Shown one piece after another: positions 11,450 through 23,187 of a stretch of 64,000 nucleotides of DNA. The translations under genes were made by a program, and so were the position numbers. This DNA is from Octopus sinensis (taxonomy: Eukaryota): positions 29,946,001 through 30,010,000 of the forward strand of contig NC_043010.1 in the NCBI RefSeq assembly GCF_006345805.1, read 5' to 3'. Numbering within the stretch: the stretch's first letter is position 1; the number at the start of each line of letters is the position of its first letter. Under the pieces are notes generated by a model. It did not search any database and had not been told where the DNA came from. It saw only the letters and a program-made list of their open reading frames with translations.

Positions 11450-12100
11450 TCGTATTTCGGGGCTATTTTTTTATCATTATTGAGTAAAGTTTATAGAGCT
11501 GGATTCTGCGGAGCTGGCCATTAATGGCGAGATGTTACCTGTTTAATTTACCTGTATGTTCCATTGTACATCAACAAACGGAAGGGCGCTGGGGAAGGAG
11601 TGGGTTATTTTGGCAAAACAACAGCACCATAATAAAATGTTAAGTGGTAGGTAGGACAGTAGATTGAGTGGATCAAAGGTATTAAAACCGTCCAATTTTT
11701 TACGGAAGTATCTAAGATAACATTATGCGGAATGTCCATAGGATGTAAATGAATACAGATTTGGCTGCTATTTCTACGTGAGTGAGCAGACATGTTCGTT
11801 CAGGACAATAGTTATCAAGACATGATAGGGAAGAACATTCTTAGATGTTCCATGATTTTAGTTAACCATACAATACCTGATCTCCATCACGATTATTTGA
11901 AACGAAATATATAGAAAGTGGAATGGTAACCACTCCTAACAGAAATAGGCATCAAAAACTGCAAAGATGAACATAACAGGAAAACAAAGTGAAGACGGAA
12001 TACTATTGTTCCTAAACCTAAGAAAAAAATCAGGCATAAACTTGACAATTATTGATTGAATAAAAAAATTTCCTCTCGGTTTATATTTTATCTTCTTAAA
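11450..12100 (-). promoter_or_regulatory. CpG-rich island: candidate promoter and first exon of ZNF-A, with two 5' splice donors
   Basis: CpG frequency rises abruptly near 11450; minus-strand CAG|GTAAAT (intron start 11551) and CAG|GTAACA (11538). Confidence 0.5.
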
Positions 12101-12689
12101 TTATGTTGTGAATATCTTGTTCTGGCTGTAAACAAGCTAATTCAAAACTCGTCTTCAATCATGCATTGATGTTATTACTAAGTGAAGAACCCTTTTTCGG
12201 GTGAAATTATTCTTTTTTGTAATTACCGGACATTTATTTTTCAATATTACAGTAATTTGTAACTGGAATGTAAAATGAAGATAATATTGTCGTTTAGCTC
12301 CAAGTCAGCTCTGGTCAAACTGTCGACAATATAAGTTCAGCACCATTCGATCTGTGACGATCTTTCTACGAATATCTAAGACTAGGTTTTCCAAGGTGCC
12401 CCTTGTTTTTAAGACAGATAGGCTCTGATTCAAGAACTTGCTGCTATTTCTAACAGTGCAACTTACCATGCGAAGGTAAACCTCGGTTCCGAGGAGAAAG
12501 CGAGTGGAGTAGAATGTGTAATATTGGAGTAAACAGTTGAAAGTGGAATAGATTGAATTGTAACGACAAAGAATTGTGCTTCGCTCTATCTACTTGTATA
12601 TCGGACGAGTGTTTTGGCGTGGACATGAAAGAAACACACGTGTGTATGTATAAGATTAGCGGCTCAGTTTATTTGTACGTCGGATATGT

Positions 12690-13160
12690 GGAAGGAAACA
12701 GTGATTATAGATGCATGGTGTTTCCCAGTCGACTTCCATTTTGAACAAGAGGGAGAAAAAACGAAATTGATGTTTCACTGAGTCGTTATACGGGACATGA
12801 CGGGAAGGGAGACTGATACAACATTGGCTGTTCACTGTATATTAGTTATATCTGACATTAATGGTTGGAAAGAACAGTTGTGTGTATATATAAAGATTTA
12901 TGATGTTTCGTTATCGACTTCAATCTGGAACAGAATAAAGGGAGAAAAAATATATAAAAATAACGTTTCCACTACATATATGGGACATGAAGGTGGGAGA
13001 ATATGTACAAAACATTGATGTTTCACTGTAGACTTGTTAAGGGCGGGAAAGAATATATATAGGAAGTTAAGCAAGCACTAACACACACACGCACACTAGA
13101 AAATATTTGCTGATCCATTGTGGACTTGATATATCAGACATGAAGGGAGGGAGAATGTTT
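12690..13160. repeat. Degenerate ~55-65-bp tandem repeat, about 6-7 units
   Basis: Recurrent ATTGATGTTTCACTG..GGGACATGAAGGGAGGGAGAA (e.g. 12766, 12965, 13014, 13110). Confidence 0.55.
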
Positions 13161-13389
13161 GATTATTTTTCAGTTGATCGAAAGTAAGAGATGATGATGG
13201 ACTTACATTCCAGCCTCCACTTAACGAGAGAACTGTGAATCTGCTGCGGCCATAGGTTGCTTCCCTTTGTTAAACTACCATGGCCGACCTACTTTCCTCT
13301 ATTCTCATTTGTGAGAAACACTTGAACAATGACTAGAATTTTTTTTATCCCAGTTACATTTCCAACTGAAATATTTTGTTTGATAGGTT

Positions 13390-13421
<32 letters not shown>

Positions 13422-14878
13422 ATAATAATAATAATAATAAAAATATATATAGTTAATTCACACACACACTGAATGTAATAAGAATATAATTTATATATTT
13501 CTTTCTCAAAATCTGCAAATAAAAGAAATATAAAAATGTTGGTAATAATCTCCATCCCTCCGCCTAAACAATTCCAAAACCTCCTTCCCTCCATAAGATT
13601 TTTTTATATCTTCCAATCATACATCTTTTTATTAATTTGTTTCTGGAAATTTATAATTATTTTTGGAAACCAAATATTTTTTTCATAAATGAACGACTTT
13701 TTATTATGATTATATAATAAATAGAATTTAGTTAAAGCATTTAAATAATCCATCAATGAATTTCTCTTCAAAAATAAAATGTATTCAAGTAGGGAGGGGA
13801 AAGACAAATATCATGCTCCGGTTTTTCTCGTTGTCATCGTCAATTTTCGTCAATAATTTTGTAATTTATTTTCATTTAACTAATACAAAATGGAGTTCGA
13901 AATTAACTTTCAAAATGAACTAAAAACTACTTTTGCAAAATAAAATTAATATTAAATGATATTAAATTTAGTAAAACTTGATTTGGATTCCTTTCTCTCT
14001 GCAGCCAAAATAAAAAAAAAGCCAACGTGATCGAGCTGTTTAGTCTATCGAGATCTTAGAACTTAGAAATAAAATACGCTTTAACATCGATTAGTTAATC
14101 CAGTTTTAATACAGTGTAGTGGTTAATTAATTTTATAATAAAAAGGCGAGATTAGCTTGTATAGTTTGGAATAGAATGAGACTTGCGGAGTAAAAAATAA
14201 TTACGAATTAATATCATCTAATGCAAATTGTTCGCTTTTCTACCTGTGCCAAAAATATCGATTTCTTTCTTGGTTGGGTAACATACCGGTATAGGAAAGG
14301 TTATGGGTAATTGAATCAACCTTCGTTTAAGACAGGTATTCAAGTATAGGAATTGGCAGAATCGGTAGACCAACGGATAAATGCCAAATGGTATCTAACT
14401 ACGGCCCTTTACGTTCTGAGTTCAAATCCTGCTGAGATTAAAGTTGCCCTTCATCCTTGCGAGGCCATAAAATACAACTACCATTCGAGTACTCGATTTA
14501 GTAATACTATAATGGAATTTAAATAGATGAAAAAAACCCACAAAGGGGCTTCCATGTGGTTGCTGGCTCTTTTAGAAATCACTGTTATTAGAAAAGTAGA
14601 GAAAGATGCACTGAATTTGAAAGGACAAGAAGGCCATAACGGTAACACTTTGGTCATAGGTTTGCTTTGTCAGAGATGAATAATTTTACTCACTCCTAGA
14701 GAGATGGAAGGTAAAAGTGTCAACTAGGATTGAACTTTGAATATAGAGTGAATTAAATGTTGGATGCCATTTAGGGTGGTTCCATATAAATGAATAAGCC
14801 AGAGGATTATGCCAAATTTCTGTGTCTGCTTTGGAATGATGGCATGGAAAGCAGACGTTAAACGACGACGATGATGAT

Positions 14879-15170
14879 ATTATTTGTTGTCATAGTATCA
14901 CTCATGCTTTCATGAATCTGTTGATATAAAACCTTACATACTTTGAGAGCATAGGGTCATATTTGGTAGTATTGGTTTCCAGTTTTGGCAGAAGCAACTG
15001 TATGAAGCATTTGTCATAATTTATATTATTTGTTGTCATGGTATCACTCATGTTTTCATGAATCTGTTATAAAACCTTATATACTTTGAGAGCATAGGGT
15101 CAAATTTGGTAGTAATGGTTTCAAAAGTTTGGCAGAAGGATCTGTGTGGAGCATTTATCATAAATGATAT
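14879..15170. repeat. Local ~146-bp tandem duplication, with a third partial copy at 16558-16640
   Basis: ATTTGTTGTCATRGTATCACTCATG.TTTCATGAATCTGTT..AAAACCTTA.ATACTTTGAGAGCATAGGGTCA repeated. Confidence 0.9.
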
Positions 15171-16019
15171 TACTAGCAAATGTACCCATCTACAATGGAG
15201 GCATAAAATGAAGGAGGGATGCCTTAACAGCAGTATGTATTGAGAAATGTGTAAGTGGACTTGATAGATTACTGGATGATGTATAAGAGTAATCACATTA
15301 TTGTTGGTGATACAGAATTCTGTTGCAGCTATATGATGTGTTCGTGATCGACATATGATGAAATAGGCTCTCAGCCTCTGTATCATGAATGGTTATATGG
15401 ACCACTCCTAACGAAAGCCAGAGCTTCTTTCGACCACTACATAAAATGTATTAAGAAAAAAATGCTGTTTAGATATACTTTTATTTTAGTTGTTTACACT
15501 ATTTTATGCTTGTTTATACTTTTATATATTCAAAGTTCACAAATTTCCATATTTAAATTATGAATCATATTCCTTTTGATAATATCAATATGATTACAAA
15601 AACCTCTTTGTAGATGATACATTCTGTTTGGTTGACACTAATTTTCAAATTACTGGAGTCTGTTGCTCTACTCATAAATGGGCCTGTGTAAACATCGGAG
15701 TGGGTAAAAATACACCTACATGATCTAAAGTCTGGCCCTGTGCTTTGTTTGCTGTGAATGCATGAGCAGAATCATTAGGGTTGCAAAAGCTCAAACTTAC
15801 CTCTCACTGCTCTATGCAAATAATGTCTGGATGTTCTGGTACCATGGATTATTTTGATTGACAAAACTGAGATGTAAACTTCAGCCACTTTGATTAGCCA
15901 TTTCGAATCCTGCTTGAGACAGACACACTTCAATAACCACACACATTTTTTCCATTTCATTTTCACTATTAACCAACCTTGCAACCCACTTTGTATCTAA
16001 GATGGGGCCACAAACTATA

Positions 16020-16560
16020 CAATGAAAATCCAGAGTTACATGTGGTCAGGGAATTTTTGATAAAAATGTGAAGGCGGTTTATTAATTCAGAAATCAATAT
16101 CTACAAAATAATCATACTTTCTGATCCTTTAATTCTAAAACCCTTCCTGATGACCGTCTTGGTAATCCCCCAAAATATTGTAACCATTGGTCCAACCATT
16201 TGGCCATGAGCAGAGAACAAAGAGATGGACATAACACCCATTATAGTAAGATAGCAAATCTGCCCATCTACTATGGGAAATAAAGGGAAAGTATCGCAAA
16301 TCTAAACCTTCTAAATTCCTGAACTATACGAGGATGGGTGGAAATCCAGAGTTAATCCTCATCACTGGAATTTTAACAAAAAAAACAACAAAAAACAAAT
16401 TAATACAAAACTCAATATCCACTAAATAATCATCCTTTTGCCCATTTTTTCTGCCAACAACCTTCTTGATTACCGTCTTTGTAATCCCGAAAAACATTGT
16501 GACCATTTAACCATGGAGAGGGAACAGACAAATGGACATAACTCCTATTATAGTAAGATT
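16020..16560 (+). mobile_element. Two tandem copies of a ~230-bp element (possibly Helitron/Helentron non-autonomous)
   Basis: Units share AAATCCAGAGTTA, GACCGTCTT(G/T)GTAATCCC and end GGACATAAC.CC.ATTATAGTAAGAT (about 16250 and 16560). The class is a guess. Confidence 0.55.
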
Positions 16561-16684
16561 TGTTGTCATAGTATCACCTATATGCTTTCATGAATCTGTT
16601 ATTATAAAACTTTAAACATTTTGAGAGCAAAGGGTCAAATATCTCATGCTATGTAGTTGTGGCTCTTCCCACAAAGGTGAATTT

Positions 16685-17700
16685 ATTGGTAATATTGATT
16701 TCAAATTTTGGCCCGGGGCCAGCAATTTTGGGGGAGAGATAAGTCCAAGAGATCAACCCAAGTGCTTAACTTCTTATTTTATTGATCTTGAAAAGCACAG
16801 TCGACCTCATCAGAATTTAAACTTAGAACATAAAGACGAACGAACTGCTGCAAAGCAATTTGCACAGCATGCTAACAATTGTTGCTGCCTTAGTTTATTG
16901 GTACCCTAACCACTTGTTGAGGTTTTTTCCTTGTCAACAATGGAAACAGAGAAGATGTTGCTAATGAAGGTATTTGTGTAACTGCTTTACCTGCTACAAA
17001 TAGCTTTCAAATCACACTCTATGGTCTGAAAATAATGCGAGACACACATTGAGCAAAGTAAGTTGTGACATACAAAAAAAGACAAAATGTTCAGGAGTGG
17101 AATATCTCTCATTATTGATCTACTGAAAGTGGCAGATTGGTAGAGTATCAGGGAAAAAAGAAAAAACAACTTTTGTAGCATTTGTTCCAGCTCATTTCAT
17201 TCTGAGTTCAAATCCTACCAAGGTTAGCCAAATTTAAATTTGACTGATTGTTTGACTTACCTTCTTTTTTGTTTGAGTCATTGGACTGCAGCCATGTTCA
17301 GGCACTACCTTGAAGGGTTTAGTTGAAAAAATCAACCCCAGTACTTATTTTTAAACCTGATACTTGTTCTACTGGTCTCTCTGCCACATCATGAGGTTAC
17401 AGTACTTACTGTACTTGTGGCAACATTCACCCTGGGTGGGTTGAGTTGGCTTCTTCTACTACCCTCGAGGTTACAGTGATGTAAATAAACTAACACCAGT
17501 TGTCAAGCAGTGGTAGGGGAAATACACACACATATACTTTTATATATGATGGGCTTCTTTTAGTTTTTGTCTATGAAACCCATCCAGAAGGCTTTGGATG
17601 GCCTAGGGCTATAGCAGAAAACACTTTCCAATGTGTGCCACACAGGATGAACCTGGAAATGTGATTAGGAAACAAACTCCTTATGACACAGCTATGTCTT
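16685..17700. mobile_element. SINE cluster: A(-) 16685-16880, A(+) about 17130-17230, B(-) 17255-17700 with a 63-nt insert
   Basis: Alignment to family copies; the insert is flanked by GAGGTTACAGT direct repeats. Confidence 0.8.
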
Positions 17701-18909
17701 ACCATATATTAAGTCATTTTTTTTCTATAACCATTTTAACATCCATTTTCCGTGGAGGCATTGCTTATTTTAATCCAATATCATTTTATCTTTGAGATTC
17801 AACATCTTGAAATTTGATTTCATTATTTCCATGTATGCATTCCACAGCAATTCATTGTCCAGTACTAATTCACTTATGTTACAGGTTCAGACAAATGCAA
17901 TATGTTCTACATACAGACACTGCTTGCGTTAAAACCTGTCTGAGACTCCGTATGTGTGTATCCAGTACACTCTATTTCACTCTTTCTCTAACTACCATCC
18001 ACTATTTTCCCTCATCTAGACCATCTGTATTTGTTACCAACCACCTACTTTTGCTATGTCCACCTCTGCTATTGCCCATCACTCCCTTCCTGTTGCCATG
18101 CCAACAATGCTGTCTCTACTATCCTATTCTTCCTGCTTTCACTCACCCATTCTCACCTGCCACAGTGATCTAATCCTCAAACAGATGACCTAAGTGGAAA
18201 TATGTCTTAATTTATTGAATGAGAGGTGTGTATAAAGCCCCATACAAAGGCCCCTCTAGTGTGATTAGTAAGCAGGCAGTAGTCTCAAAATGTCCATTAG
18301 TTATGTCTCACCAAAGACTATACAATCTCTTTAGCATGTTCGTGAAAAATACATCCAGTTCACATTGTGAAGTGGCTGACTTATCAACCTCTGGTGTTGG
18401 TGCTATGAGAAAATGTACTCAGTATACTCTATAAAAAGGTTAGTGATAGGAAGAGTATTCAGATATAAAAACCAAACCAAATGACATCAGTAACTTTCAA
18501 TGAGGACTTGGATCCTGATGACCTGTCCAACCCATACAAGCATAGAAAGCAGACACATAATGTCTCAAATAAGCATCTATCCAACTCCTGCAGCATGGAA
18601 AAATGGATATAAAACAAATGACTGAATGAATACCCACGGATATGGGACTGTTTAATCCTATCACTGTCAAGCAGTCGTGGGGGTCAAACAGTACAAACAC
18701 ATATATGATGGGCTTCCTCAGTTTCCACCTACCACATTCACTTACAATGTGTTAATTGGCCTGGGGTGTACAAAAAGTCTCTCCGCAGTGATTTTTTTCT
18801 TCATCCAGACTCTCCAAGATGTATTTCAAAACGTGTAGAAAAGTCAACTTAAGTATTGAAAATGAAGGATGACACTTTCAACACATCTTATAAAGATTTT
18901 TAAAGTCTT

Positions 18910-19340
18910 GACAGCACCGGCCGAGCATGATCATTGCCAGGGATGCAGACTGACCCTCATGCCGGTGGCAGGTAAAAAGCACCATTTGAGCATGATCGTT
19001 ACCAGCGTCGCCTTACTGGCACTTGTGCTGGTGGTACGTGAAAAACAATATTCAAGTGAGGGTGTTGCCAGTGCCACTGGATTGGCTCCTGTGCAGGTTA
19101 CACATAAAAACATCATTTGAGCGTGGCCATTACCAGTACTGCCTGACTGGCCCTTGTGCCGGTGGCACATAAAAGCACCCACTACACTCTTGGAGTGGTT
19201 GGCATCAGGAAGGGCATCCAGTTGTAGAAACTCTGCCAGATCAGATTGGAGCCTGGTGCAGCCATCTGGCTCACCAGTCCCCAGTCAAACTATCCAACCC
19301 ATGCCAACACGGAATGTGGACGTTAAACAATGATGATGAT
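18910..19340 (+). mobile_element. 5'-truncated RTE, 3'UTR only
   Basis: Colinear with 40370-40787; ends GGACGTTAAACAATGATGATGAT. Shorter tails at about 14835-14880, 18380-18560 and 22460-22500. Confidence 0.88.
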
Positions 19341-19884
19341 ATTCTTTTGTAGTCCTATACGAGCTTATAAATATTTATTTTGCAATAAAATACTTACTGC
19401 GGAGAGACTTTTTGAACACCCTATAGAAGACACTTGTCCAAAGCGTTGTGCAGTAGGACTGAACTTGAAACCAAGTTACAGAATGAGCTTCTTAACTGCA
19501 CAGCCGTTCCTTAATAACTTTTTTTTCTTGCATTGTACAGAATTGTCTTCTATATAAGCTGCTGACCAATATTGCTAGGGTCAGGCCACTTCTTTTACTG
19601 GATTCAGTTATTGGATTGTGGCCATGCTGGGACACTGCATTTGAGGATTTTTAGTTAATCATATCAACTCCAAAAGAGTTCAGTCTCACATTTATTTTTG
19701 TAGACCAACAATTATCAATTTGGTTCAGTTGCATTTTTGACACAATACCAGTTTTTAGGTTATTTTGTTCAATTGGGTTTTGTTTGGTCATGATGAAATA
19801 TTACTTGGTAACAGGTGAGAGATGGCAACAAGAAGGCTATCAAATCATAGAATATCTGCCTCTTTAACTTCCATCCACTCCATA

Positions 19885-20271
19885 GGCGCAGGAGTGGCTG
19901 TGTGGTAAGTAGCTTGTTTACCAACCACATGGTTCCGGGTTCAGTCCCACTGCGTGGCACCTTGGGCAAGTGTCTTCTACTATAGCCTCGGGCCGACCAA
20001 AGCCTTGTGAGTGGATTTGGTAGACGGAAACTGAGAGAAGCCTGTCGTATATATGTATATATATATGCGTGTGTGTGTTTGTGTGTCTGACAACCGATGC
20101 TGGTGTGTTTATGTCCCCGTTACTTAGCGGTTCGGCAAAAGAGACCGATATAATAAGTACTGGGCTTACAAAAGAATAAGTTCCGGGGTCGAGTTGCTCG
20201 ACTAAAGGCGGTGCTCCAGCATGGCCGCAGTCAAATGACTGAAACAAGTAAAAAAAAAAAAAAAAAAAAAA
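19885..20271 (+). mobile_element. Young, near-consensus SINE B with an A22 tail
   Basis: Retains many CpGs in an otherwise CpG-poor region; A-run 20250-20271. Confidence 0.93.
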
Positions 20272-20542
20272 TACAAGCATACAGAAGTAGACATTAAAAT
20301 GACACATACTCAACAGGCTTTATGCACTCTTCCTATCGCCAAAATTCTTCTTTCAAAATATTGCTCAATCCAAGGTAATTGTAGAAAATGCTTAAGGAGA
20401 CATCAAGTAATGGAATTAAAACCAGAACCATGTAGTTGCAAAGCAAACCTAACCACACAGTTACATACATATATACTACATTTACTGGGCCACTCAATTC
20501 AGCAATGGTGACCTAACACTATTTTCTCTCTTAATTTATTTC

Positions 20543-20737
20543 TTAACCCTTCAGCATTTAAACTGACCATAACTGGCCAGATCAGGTCCCTCACTTCTAC
20601 CCTACAATGACATTCTAAAATTATACAGTCACATCATCAAAACATTTGTATTTACAAGACAATTCATGATGAATTCAAAATAATGTGAATAAATAGGCAG
20701 TACATTTGACAGAGTAAACTAAATACTAAAGGGTTAA
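20543..20737 (+). mobile_element. piggyBac-type MITE
   Basis: TTAA|CCCTTCAGCATT...AATACTAAAGGG|TTAA; same family as 5243-5461. Confidence 0.8.
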
Positions 20738-20922
20738 ATATATCTTATTGGTAAAACAAACATCAAAATGAAATTACAACTATGACAAATATATAAATTG
20801 ATCAACAACATTGCTTTCTTCTTCAATTGTACATTATCAAATATGTTGTCTGCATTTTCTATTGGGTTACAAGACACACTGGCTGGCCATGCATTCTCTT
20901 ACAGCAGCAGCATTTTTTTCCC

Positions 20923-22275
20923 CTCTATAAGATGCACCAAGTGTAAGCTATGGACACATAAGAGATGCAGCAATGTCAAAGGAAGGCTAACTAGGAAGAT
21001 GGTTTTTGTATGTGGCAGATGCTCAGGAACAATAAACACTGAAAATGCTCTGAGACCAACTTCCGTCACTTTCCAGGGAGAAAAACTAGAAATAGTTGAT
21101 AGTTTCCGTTACCTAGGTGACCAAGTCAGCAGCGGGGGCGGGTGTGCTGAAAGTGTAACTGCTAGAGTAAGAATAGCTTGGGCAAAGTTCAGAGAGCTCT
21201 TACCTCTACTGGTGACAAAAGGCCTCTCGCACAGAGTGAAAGGCAGACTGTATGATGCGTGTGTACGAACAGCCATGCTACATGGCAGTGAAACATGGGC
21301 CGTGACTGCTGAGGATATGCGTAAGCTCGCTAGAAATGAAGCCAGTATGCTCCGATGGATGTGTAATGCCGGTACTCACACTCGGCAGAGTGTAAGTACC
21401 TTGAGAGAAAAGCTGGACCTAAGAAGCATCAGTTGTGGTGTGCAAGAGAGACGTTTGCGCTGGTATGGTCATGTGGCGAGAATGGATGAAGATAGTTGTG
21501 TGAAAAAGTGCCACACCCTAGCGGTTGAGGGAACCTGTGGAAGAGGCAGACCCAGGAAAACCTGGGACGAGGTGGTGAAGCACGACCTTCGAACTTTAGG
21601 TCTCACTGAGGAAATGACTAGAGACCGAGACCTCTGGAAGTGTGCTGTGCGCGAGAAGACCCGGCAGGACAAGTGAGTCCATAACCCGTGGCCTTCTACA
21701 TGGGATGGAGCCAGCCTACGTATGCATACCTTCCCTTCTTGGGACACAAAACTCTACTTGTGAAGACGTGATGAGGCAAGTGAGGATCAGAATCGAAATC
21801 GATCAATGGAAATTGCGGATGTGCTACCAGTGCCGGTGGCATGTCAAAACTCTGCTTGTGAAGACCCGTTGAGGCAAGTGACGATCAGAATCGAAATCGA
21901 TCAATGGAAATTGCAGATGTGTTACCAGTGCCGGTGGCATGTAAGAGAACTTTCCGTTTCGCGACCGTTGCCAGCACCGCCCCGTTTCGTGTCCGTTGCC
22001 AGCCTCGCCTGGCCCTCGTGCTGGTGGCACATAAAAAGCACCATCCGTTCGTGGCCGTTTGCCAGCTCTGTCTGGCACCAGTGCGGGTGGCACGTAAAAA
22101 GCACCCACTACACTCACGGAGTGGTTGGCGTTAGGAAGGGCATCCAGCCGTAGAAACACTGCCAGATTTGACTGGGCCTGATGAAGCCTTCTGGCTTCAC
22201 AGACCCCAGTAGAACCGTCCAACCCATGCTAGCACGGAAAACGGACGCTAAACGATGATGATGATGATGATGATG
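20923..22275 (+). mobile_element. Young 5'-truncated RTE LINE: PHD finger, RT C-terminus (open to stop at 21676), 3'UTR, (GAT)n tail
   Basis: IRCTKCKLWTHKRC..FVCGRC..DSFRYLGD..LHGSETW..RRLRWYGHV..RGRPRKTW with no stops; tail AAACGATGATGATG. Confidence 0.96.
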
Positions 22276-22699
22276 TTCCGGTGTCAATCTATAGCTATAT
22301 TGTTCACTTTCTCCTCATCTGTCTTACTTTTCCCTATCACCCCTCTCCCTTCTTTGACGTCTGAAATTACACACAAACACCTAATTAAAGTCACAAACAT
22401 GTTCACCCACTTAAAATTTCATACACACACTTTTAGCTATATTTGTTCTACCTGATCTAAGGAAGCATGGAGAAGTGGACATTAAACCAATGATGATGAT
22501 ATATAAATATATATGCAGGCATCATTGTGAACAATAAATGTTCTTTACCCTTGAACTATTTCAGACAATCAACCAACCTTCCTCTTACATTCCACACAAA
22601 AGAAAAGCCCATTACTAAACCTCAAAGGACACACTACCTACATCCAGATAGTCAACCACCGCCATACCTGGAAGAGAATCATTAAACAAGTAAAAGATA

Positions 22700-23144
22700 A
22701 GTTTGAACAGCACACAACCTGCCATCTCTCACCTACCAACAGGTAGAATCTCCTGGCCTCTTCTCACAAAAATCTCCACTAGCTTTGTGGACCTTAGATT
22801 AGCCTTTGGGTATGTGGGTATTTTGAAAATACATCATAGAGTGACGACCATGCCCTGCATAGTTGCAGGTTGCCCTCTAGCAAGGTATAGCACCCGTTCA
22901 GCCATATTACCAAGGATATGGTGAAGTCGTGGGACTGCAGCATGGCAGATTGTGAAGAGGTAGCAAGAGAGCTCAACTGAGCCAAAAGAATCCAAGAAGA
23001 TCAACAGCTTTATGAAGAATAACCGCAACACATCTGCAAATGAAAAATTAACTGACTTAAGCTCTCAATTCAAATTCAAAATAATAGAACTGTTTGGCAA
23101 CAGAGTTATGAGAATCCATGAAAGCAGTGACTCCAGACCTTAGC

Positions 23145-23182
<38 letters not shown>
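22700..23182 (+). other. Highly decayed retro-derived sequence ending in A37
   Basis: FVDLRLAFGYV (resembles RT motif FVDLxKAFDxV) in ORF 22703-22924; A-run 23146-23182. Confidence 0.35.

Positions 23183-23187
<5 letters not shown>

Noticed and set aside
20798-20922. N-terminal part of the 292-aa ORF as a host gene
   Set aside because: TTG start and chance open frame upstream of the truncated RTE; homology starts at about 20923.
22175-22205. Hammerhead in the RTE 3'UTR (CTGATGA + hairpin)
   Set aside because: No GAAA, and CTGATGA is absent from the other family copies.
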